Source: Candidatus Saccharimonadia bacterium (GTDB taxonomy: Bacteria; Patescibacteriota; Saccharimonadia; UBA4664). From it: a stretch of 64,000 nt of DNA. Below are positions 57,040-64,000 of the stretch, in pieces. The notes beneath the pieces were generated by a model. It searched no databases and was not told the origin of the DNA. It saw only the letters and a program-made list of their open reading frames with translations. Where the stretch lies: positions 17,099 to 81,098 of the forward strand of contig JBGTMQ010000020.1 in NCBI GenBank assembly GCA_041743505.1. The letters are read 5' to 3'. The first letter of the stretch is position 1; each line of letters opens with the position of its first letter. The translations under genes and the position numbers were made by a program.

Positions 57040-57451
57040 GCTTGCCAGAAACGAAAAACCTTCGCAACGGCTAGTTGAGGTTGTATTACGAAACGGCAAA
57101 GTTATAGCAGTTACATTACTTGTCATAAGTATTATCGCTGTTACAAAACCCTCACTTGGACTAATTATATTATTCACGCTGGTCGTACTCGTCAACCTAT
57201 TTCAGGTTGACGCCCTCAAGTTATTTGGTCTAGGGCTAATACTAATGGCAATCTGGCTAGCCCTTTTTACAAGTGACTTCATCCACGCCAAAAGCCTAAT
57301 GCCATCAGGATTAGCGGGCAATTTCCAAGGCTGGCCCTACTACTTGTTTTTTCTCGGCCTCACCCGGCTCCTATTCACCGAGACCCGCCCCAAGAGATCA
57401 ACAGCCGGCCAATTAAGCAGAAACCAGCGTATTTATGGCAGAAGTAAATAG
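57032..57451 (+). CDS. Small membrane protein
   Basis: AGGAGG SD; 3-4 hydrophobic segments. Confidence 0.6.
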   Translation: MHRLARNEKPSQRLVEVVLRNGKVIAVTLLVISIIAVTKPSLGLIILFTLVVLVNLFQVDALKLFGLGLILMAIWLALFTSDFIHAKSLMPSGLAGNFQGWPYYLFFLGLTRLLFTETRPKRSTAGQLSRNQRIYGRSK

Positions 57452-57748
57452 CCAAAAAACAAATAATGTACTCTGGGCGCAGTCTATCAGGTTAACTATT
57501 TTGTAAATTCGCACAATTACGCCGCTTGTCCCAGCTCCTAAACTAATCAAGCTACAATGTGATCCGTTGCTACCAGATCAACGACCGGAGTTATGCCGAA
57601 TTTACTTAAAATCTCAACTTAACTATGCCTAAACGCGCATTCCGTCAGGTGATTCCTGCACGATGAACAGCGCGCTTCTTTCTGTTGTCAAAACTAACCA
57701 CTCAGGCTCAGGCCTCTACTGTATAAACGTCGATTTAAGGAACTAAAC

Positions 57749-58810
57749 ATGAACAGGTTACCAGAGAAGTCTGCCGCTACTAACCCGCACAATGCTCTGA
57801 TAAGTGTCATAATCGTCAACTGGAACGGCAAAAAATGGCTTAAGCGCTGTCTAGATACGCTTCTAGCTCAAACTCACAGTAACACCGAGATAATACTGGT
57901 CGATAATGGCTCCGCCGACGACAGTGTGGAGTATATTAAAACGAATTACCCATCCATAAAATTGGTACTATCGAAAACAAATCTGGGGTTTGCCGGGGGT
58001 AATAACCTAGGCTATAAACATGCGCACGGGGAGTATATCTTGCTTCTCAATAACGACACCTATGTTGAGCCAGAATTTTTAGAGAAGTTTGTGGCAGCAT
58101 ACGCAGAGATTCCTCGACTCGGCAGTGTTCAGTGCAAGCTTGTGCTCATGTACGACCAAAAGCATCTCGATGTGGCCGGTTCATATTGGACCAGTAGTTC
58201 ATTTCTTTACCACTATGGTTACGGCAAAGACGCTACCGACAAAAGGTACAATCAAAAAATGCCTTTTTTCTCAAATAAAGGCGCCGCAATGCTATTGCGG
58301 CGCGATATTATAGAAGAGTTAGGTCTCTTCGATGACGATTTTTGGTGCTACTACGAAGAGACCGACTTGTGCCATAGACTCTGGGTGGCTGGCTACGAAT
58401 GCTGGTATTATCCAAATGCAACCGCCTACCATGCCATGGGCGGTACCTCGCTGCTGTTTCCCAATGATTTTATTCAGTTCCATAACTTCAAAAATAAACT
58501 ACTGAGTTTCTTAAAAAACTTTCAGCTCCGAACGCTAATTACAGTAATACCGCTTTACCTACTGGTCAATTTTCTTCTCAGTATATTATGGCTTATCAAA
58601 GGCAAACCGAAACATGCGTTAGCACTTTATAAGTCTATCTGGTGGAATGCCAAGCACTTTAAAGCTACACTCAAGAAACGACAGCATATCCAAAGCATGC
58701 GTCTATCAAGTGATAAACAAATTTTCGCGCAGGTTAAACGCAACCCGTCGTTTAGCTACTATACAAAGCTGTTTAATGGAACGCTGGCGGAATATGAAGA
58801 CCGAATATAG
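57749..58810 (+). CDS. GT2 glycosyltransferase (WbbL/rhamnosyltransferase-like)
   Basis: IIVNWNG, VDNGS.D, NLGFAGGNN, LLNND, GLFD.DF..YYEE.DLC.R. Confidence 0.9.
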   Translation: MNRLPEKSAATNPHNALISVIIVNWNGKKWLKRCLDTLLAQTHSNTEIILVDNGSADDSVEYIKTNYPSIKLVLSKTNLGFAGGNNLGYKHAHGEYILLLNNDTYVEPEFLEKFVAAYAEIPRLGSVQCKLVLMYDQKHLDVAGSYWTSSSFLYHYGYGKDATDKRYNQKMPFFSNKGAAMLLRRDIIEELGLFDDDFWCYYEETDLCHRLWVAGYECWYYPNATAYHAMGGTSLLFPNDFIQFHNFKNKLLSFLKNFQLRTLITVIPLYLLVNFLLSILWLIKGKPKHALALYKSIWWNAKHFKATLKKRQHIQSMRLSSDKQIFAQVKRNPSFSYYTKLFNGTLAEYEDRI

Positions 58811-59450
58811 TGATTACTTCAAACAGCACTATAAAAGCACACTTACAGAAAAGGACATCGTAATTTATAGGCAATGGTTTGATCGTCAGTGGCGGATAAT
58901 CAACCAGAAAATAGCTATCACCCCTTCATCTGAAATTCTAGAGATTGGATCGGGTTTTGGAGGCTTTTATGGCTTCATAAGAGACTCTGGCAATCAAAGC
59001 TACACCGGTCTGGAGCTTGACCCCGAGGCAGCTGCTTTCGCCAACCGCTACTATGACACACAGGTATTTAAGGTCAGTTCCATCGAAGACTATAACCCGC
59101 CAACCACATATGACATTATTTTTGCATTCGAAGTATTAGAGCACATCGACAACCCGGGTGAAACTATCGCCAAGATACACAAGATGCTTAAGCCAGGCGG
59201 CGTTTTTTGTGCCACGTCTCCTTATCCGTTCAAGAAGAATATTGATGCAGACGATACACATGTATCAGTTTTACACCCCGCTAATTGGCGGCGGCTTTTC
59301 CAGCGGACCGGTTTTACGGACATCTCGTCCCATCCCATGTCGTTTTTACCGTTAGTGTGGCGGATTAATAAAAAGGCCAATATCAAGCTACCGTTTTACA
59401 TTCCATTTCAGGGCTTTATATCCACATGTCTCTTTATCGTCCAAAAATAA
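58794..59450 (+). CDS. Class I SAM-dependent methyltransferase
   Basis: ILEIGSG.G, YD.I.AFEVLEHI.NP, LKPGG. Confidence 0.9.
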   Translation: MKTEYSDYFKQHYKSTLTEKDIVIYRQWFDRQWRIINQKIAITPSSEILEIGSGFGGFYGFIRDSGNQSYTGLELDPEAAAFANRYYDTQVFKVSSIEDYNPPTTYDIIFAFEVLEHIDNPGETIAKIHKMLKPGGVFCATSPYPFKKNIDADDTHVSVLHPANWRRLFQRTGFTDISSHPMSFLPLVWRINKKANIKLPFYIPFQGFISTCLFIVQK

Positions 59451-62400
59451 TAACCCTACTCAATATAGCGTTGGCTCTGTTTTTATTAGCTCTGCCTTAT
59501 TATCTTTTTCAAGGCAAGCTTTATATAGGTGGAGACGACACTCGTCTGTATTATTTATTTCCAGCAGAGTATCTTGCCAATCTCGTAAGTACTTCATGGT
59601 TCACATTTTCTTCGACCGGCTTATATAATCCGAATTTCTTTCTAATACCGCTATTAACTGTAGTTTCGGTTTTTAAATTTATAATCCGAAACCCAGTTAT
59701 TCTGACGTACTTCTTTTTTTCGGCACCATTAATACTTGGGGCTTATTTTTTTCAAAAGCTGGTCGGCTCTTTTACTCGAAATAGCAAAGAACTCATCATT
59801 TTCTTAGCTTCGCTCCAGTATATTCTTTCTCCAATCATGCTAGTTGGGCAGCTCGACAAATTTTTGTATTCAGTCTGGTTGATTCCACTTCTACCAGCCC
59901 TACTATACTTTCTCGTCAAATATTGTAAGACCGGCAGCAGTTCTGCTCTAATCGGCGGCGTGGGTTGGAGTGTGGTGATGGCATTAGCGATGTATTCAAT
60001 ACCTTGGCTATTGGGCGCGTTAATCCCCATAGGGTTGAGCGCCCTTATTATATGTACGTATTTTAGACTTTGGAGCAAAGTGGTCTTGATAAGAGGCACT
60101 GTTTTCTTAAGCTTGATCTTTTTGTCCCAGAGTTTTTGGCTAGTCCCTTTCATTAATTCTGTGCTTGTTCCAAGTAGTAATAGTTATGGAGGACAGGCCC
60201 TTTCTGGGGCAGTAGCCGATACTTTCGCTTCGACTGTACAGGCTACCTCTACCGGCAACGTGTTCTACCCGTTAATAGGCTACTTCCATCGAACGATCGC
60301 CTTTGACTTCCAATGGGAACTCGCTTCCGTATATTTGCGCTTCTACGACTACATCGCCGTCCTAGGCTTGGCCTTTCCTGCCATTTTTGTTTATGCATGG
60401 ATAAAGTTCAAAAAATCCAATAACGAAATCAATTGGTACGTTTACCTCGGACTATGGCTGGCATTTTTGGCTACGCTCTTTCTCTTCACCGTCAACATTG
60501 GCTTCTTTAAATCTGTCTTCATTGCCATGGGGCAGATACCTGGTTTTGCGATGTTTAGAAATAGTTACGACAAATTCGCTCTGGCTTATATATTCGTATT
60601 TTCCATTTTATTTTACGTATCGCTCCACACCTACGTGAAAGCCGAGACTAACAAAAAGAAGCTTGCAGCGGTCCTCGCTGGCTTCACTATACTGATACTT
60701 GTAAATTTTGTGCCGGCCAAACAATTAATAAATAGGCCGCTCTGGACTACCCAGAAGTCCTTTACGACCATTGATTATCCTCGTGAATATGTAGATTTTA
60801 TGGAAGCCATTAAAGAAGATGTGCCAATAGATAGTAATATCCTGAGCGTACCTTTTGGGTCGTCATCATACACAATCGTCAAAGATGAAAGCTCAAATAA
60901 CGTCTTCGCGGGACGGTCGCCAGTTAAGATACTTTCCGGCCGAAACGATTTCAGCGGCGACTTGTCTTTTGATGCCACTACAGCCCAGTTGATAAATAAG
61001 TATATTCAATCCAGAGATTATCGAAAATTGAAAAATGTGCTTAATAATCACAACGTTGGCTATATTGTAGAAACTAACAATATTCCCGAAGAGGTAAAAA
61101 AGTCCTACCTATTTAACACCCAAACATTTAATAAGCAGGATGCCCAGTTTAAACATGCCCTTTATGGCCCTCTGGTGTCGACTAGTAGCACCGGTGCTTA
61201 CAAGTTATATAGTATTAACGGACGTTCAGGGATAGCCACAGCCACCACCGGGGTACACAAGTACGTTGTTAACAGCACTGATTATGCTGTAAATGATAGG
61301 TACTTATTTGAAAAAGATGGGTTACTTGGCTTTGCAAACAGCGAATTGCCAACAGCTAGCACGGAGCTAATAAGTAACGCCTTTGCTTACCAAATAAACC
61401 CAAGCAGTACTATCCATGCCCAAAAAGGCGACTATTTAATGCACCTGGATAGCCCAGATATCGCGAGTTTTGTTAGGCTGCGCACACCAGCCGGATTAGG
61501 CGTCAAGAGAGATTTTCATTACTACATTGAGGGCAAGAAAGACTACAAGGCCAATAGCGTTCCTGTCGGCGTGTTGCCTGCTAGCTCGGGCTTACTAGTC
61601 GATGACATTCCAGTATCTCCGGACAAAGTTGATGGATACAGCGCGAGTTCAACAGACGATGTTAGAACGCTGAATCTAGCGGTGGCAAATGTATTTGGTT
61701 CAACCCTTAATTTTCTAAACAGCTCACAGAAAAACGATTGTAATGCTCACTCATCAAAGGGACAGAAGACAGCCTTTAACTACAACGCCGCAAACGCTTC
61801 AATGGTGTTAACAGCTACCGATAAGCATCTCGCCTGCTCATGGCATGAATATGAAGCTAGCCCCGACGCAGTTTATCAATTGCGGTTTAACTATCAAACG
61901 AACGCTTCAAACCTTAAGGTCGTAATCACTGATGAGAATGGGAAGCAACTGGAGGCAAAGGCCCTTCCAAAAACGGCCAACCAGTTTGCTAATTATTCCG
62001 GCTTTATTAATGTGTCGTCGAGACCGTTCAGAGTTTATTTTTATTCAGGCTCAAGTGACCAGATGGCCCGTACGGAATACAAAGATCTCCAGTTGAGCGC
62101 CTATGCCCCTGGGGTAAAAATTAATATTTCGGAGCCTATTAATAAGCTACCCGATAAAATCGCCGTTACCGTCCCGGGCCAAGACACTGGGGCAGTTAAT
62201 ATGACTATTGGTAATAGTGCGACAGATAATAAAGTTTCACCTTTTGCGCTATGGCACCAATCAAATTGTAATGCCGTGAATGATTCTGATTCGGCCGTTT
62301 CATACATCGATAAGGATGGCGGTATTCAGCTTAGGTCTGAAAAAAAGCATGACGCCTGTATCTATAACGACTTCGAAATTAACCCAAACGATAATTATCA

Positions 62401-63205
62401 GCTGGATCTACGATATGACAAACCTCGCGACCAAAGCACATATGTATATATAGGCTTTGGTCGTGGCCACAAGCCGGTTACCTTTCCTCTAACCAATTCA
62501 GGGCAGCTTAAAGCCATGATAGAGCCACCGAAAAGCGCGGCCTTAATGCGGCTGTATTTGTATTCCGGACATTCACTGAGCCAGAACGAGATCACTTACA
62601 AAAGCCTTAACATTAGCTCAATGGCAAAATATGGCTACCGCAACAGTCTAGTTAGTGTCATTGGTAACAAAGAATATGATGTTGACACTAGTAAACTGAG
62701 CCCAACAAAGTACTTGATGACGGCTCATAATATCGATAGCGCTTTTCTGCTTAATTTAAGTGAAGCTTTTCATCCAGGATGGGAGCTAAGTATTAAGGGC
62801 AGAAAAGATAACTCAGCTATGCAGCACGCTGAAATAAATCAGTACTCTAATGGCTGGTACATTGATATTAATAAACTTTGTCGGGGGCAAAAGTTATGCA
62901 CCCAAAATGCCAACGGCTCCTATGACATGGAAATGGTCGCAGAGTTTAAGCCCCAGCGCTGGTTCCATGTTGGCTCTATCATCAGCGGCGCTACGCTCCT
63001 CGGCTGCATCGGCTACCTAACCTACAGTTGGCGGCGACGGAAGCAAAAACCTGGCGAGGAAACTGGTGAGCCACCACAGGATAACGAGCCACCGACGGAC
63101 CGAGAGCCGCCAAAAGCGCCACCAACTCCACCCATGCCGCAAAAACAGGTCCGTCGACGTAGTATGGACATGACTAGGCGCACAGGAGGCGTAAAACGGC
63201 TATGA
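59426..63205 (+). CDS. Large polytopic membrane protein (GT-C / AftD-like) with extracellular domains and Pro-rich tail
   Basis: N-terminal GGDD loop and about 12 TM segments, FRN.YDKF, SEAFHPGW...H..IN.YSNGW, F.PQ, TM. Confidence 0.65.
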   Translation: MSLYRPKIITLLNIALALFLLALPYYLFQGKLYIGGDDTRLYYLFPAEYLANLVSTSWFTFSSTGLYNPNFFLIPLLTVVSVFKFIIRNPVILTYFFFSAPLILGAYFFQKLVGSFTRNSKELIIFLASLQYILSPIMLVGQLDKFLYSVWLIPLLPALLYFLVKYCKTGSSSALIGGVGWSVVMALAMYSIPWLLGALIPIGLSALIICTYFRLWSKVVLIRGTVFLSLIFLSQSFWLVPFINSVLVPSSNSYGGQALSGAVADTFASTVQATSTGNVFYPLIGYFHRTIAFDFQWELASVYLRFYDYIAVLGLAFPAIFVYAWIKFKKSNNEINWYVYLGLWLAFLATLFLFTVNIGFFKSVFIAMGQIPGFAMFRNSYDKFALAYIFVFSILFYVSLHTYVKAETNKKKLAAVLAGFTILILVNFVPAKQLINRPLWTTQKSFTTIDYPREYVDFMEAIKEDVPIDSNILSVPFGSSSYTIVKDESSNNVFAGRSPVKILSGRNDFSGDLSFDATTAQLINKYIQSRDYRKLKNVLNNHNVGYIVETNNIPEEVKKSYLFNTQTFNKQDAQFKHALYGPLVSTSSTGAYKLYSINGRSGIATATTGVHKYVVNSTDYAVNDRYLFEKDGLLGFANSELPTASTELISNAFAYQINPSSTIHAQKGDYLMHLDSPDIASFVRLRTPAGLGVKRDFHYYIEGKKDYKANSVPVGVLPASSGLLVDDIPVSPDKVDGYSASSTDDVRTLNLAVANVFGSTLNFLNSSQKNDCNAHSSKGQKTAFNYNAANASMVLTATDKHLACSWHEYEASPDAVYQLRFNYQTNASNLKVVITDENGKQLEAKALPKTANQFANYSGFINVSSRPFRVYFYSGSSDQMARTEYKDLQLSAYAPGVKINISEPINKLPDKIAVTVPGQDTGAVNMTIGNSATDNKVSPFALWHQSNCNAVNDSDSAVSYIDKDGGIQLRSEKKHDACIYNDFEINPNDNYQLDLRYDKPRDQSTYVYIGFGRGHKPVTFPLTNSGQLKAMIEPPKSAALMRLYLYSGHSLSQNEITYKSLNISSMAKYGYRNSLVSVIGNKEYDVDTSKLSPTKYLMTAHNIDSAFLLNLSEAFHPGWELSIKGRKDNSAMQHAEINQYSNGWYIDINKLCRGQKLCTQNANGSYDMEMVAEFKPQRWFHVGSIISGATLLGCIGYLTYSWRRRKQKPGEETGEPPQDNEPPTDREPPKAPPTPPMPQKQVRRRSMDMTRRTGGVKRL

Positions 63206-64000
63206 TACGCTGGCGGCCATGGTTCATATACGGCGCACTCGCAGTAGTCATAATGGGACCATTGTTACTCCCGGGCTACATACTCACAATCGACATGCCC
63301 TGGACGCCTTGGCTGCCGGAACAGACGCCAGGGGACAGCAGCTGGCTGTTTTTCACGCTACTCGGCTGGCTAGGGATAGTGATTCCGAGCATGATACTGC
63401 AAAAGTTGCTATTACTCGCCATCTTCATAGTAGCCGGGGTCGGTGCCTACAAACTGGCCCAAGACAGGGTAGGGCAGTGGCCGGCTTATTTCGCCGGCGT
63501 AGTCTACGTCGTGAACCCGTTTGTTTACACCCGCCTCGTGGCCGGGCAGTACCTAATCTTGTTGGGCTATGCTCTATTGCCGTGGTTTGCCTTGGCGCTG
63601 GTCAAGCTGCTAGAGCGGCCGGGCTGGAAACGGGCGCTGTATCTGGCCGCCTGGGGCTTTGGCGTGGCGACAGTGGCCATCCATGACATCGGTTTAATAG
63701 CCTTACTCGCGCTCGTAATCGTACTGGCGGCCAGCTGGCGGCATTGGCCTGTCTTGCTTGGTTCTGCTAAATGGTTGGCGCTGGCCTTTGTCTCGTGGCT
63801 GGCCTTGTGCGCCATATGGCTAGTCCCATTAGTGATGGGCCGCTCATCCACAGCGCAACAAATCGGTGAGTTTAGCTGGAATCAGTTTGGTGGTTATATC
63901 ACCGCTGGCGAGCAAGCCTGGGTGCCGCTAAATACCCTCGCATTGCAGGGTTTTTGGATCGACACTGCCGGAAAATATGCTTTGCCGAGTGCTACCGGCG
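63202..64000 (+). CDS. Polytopic membrane protein (GT-C / AftD N-terminal-like), runs off the window; not in the ORF track
   Basis: ATGA overlap; MIRWRPWF...PGYIL.IDM.W, QKLLL, YVVNPFVY.RL..GQ...LLGYALLPW. Confidence 0.75.
   Translation, partial: MIRWRPWFIYGALAVVIMGPLLLPGYILTIDMPWTPWLPEQTPGDSSWLFFTLLGWLGIVIPSMILQKLLLLAIFIVAGVGAYKLAQDRVGQWPAYFAGVVYVVNPFVYTRLVAGQYLILLGYALLPWFALALVKLLERPGWKRALYLAAWGFGVATVAIHDIGLIALLALVIVLAASWRHWPVLLGSAKWLALAFVSWLALCAIWLVPLVMGRSSTAQQIGEFSWNQFGGYITAGEQAWVPLNTLALQGFWIDTAGKYALPSATG

Noticed and set aside
63219-63686. 155-aa ORF in the track
   Set aside because: Out-of-frame shadow of the membrane-protein gene that starts at 63202 and runs off the window.
1-64000. 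CRISPR array, integron attC array, transposase, integrase or reverse transcriptase
   Set aside because: No regularly spaced repeat-spacer units, no convincing RYYYAAC...GTTRRRY cassette ends and no catalytic motifs for these enzymes among the ORFs.

Overview
64-kb accessory-rich bacterial chromosomal window. The + strand is strongly C-skewed. Many recognisable genes have a -10 box 6-9 nt before the ATG (leaderless), and there is a class F sortase pair and large GT-C-like membrane proteins; together these suggest Patescibacteria/Saccharibacteria-like origin, which is inference only. Left half: DNA repair (alkA, ogt, ku, ligD), small enzymes and transporters, a sortase plus VPNTG surface protein, three partner-less actinobacterial-type DUF397 genes around a truncated PDE-like HD gene, an orphan sensor kinase, a gingipain-like C25 protease and many orphan genes with their own sigma70 promoter, SD and terminator. 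Right half: tRNA-Glu with a decayed integrated islet, then a surface-glycan cluster (flippase, GT2/GT4, methyltransferase, GT-C-like proteins). The glycan cluster is interrupted by a locus built like a polymorphic toxin system: a secreted SGNH hydrolase, an orphan 70%-identical C-terminal cassette and an array of about 10 small membrane proteins. The most unexplained signal is a family of symmetric 123-bp intergenic elements: two 17-bp palindromes exactly 100 bp apart around a central 8-6-8 dyad, in three copies that all lie between divergent genes, plus one variant copy.
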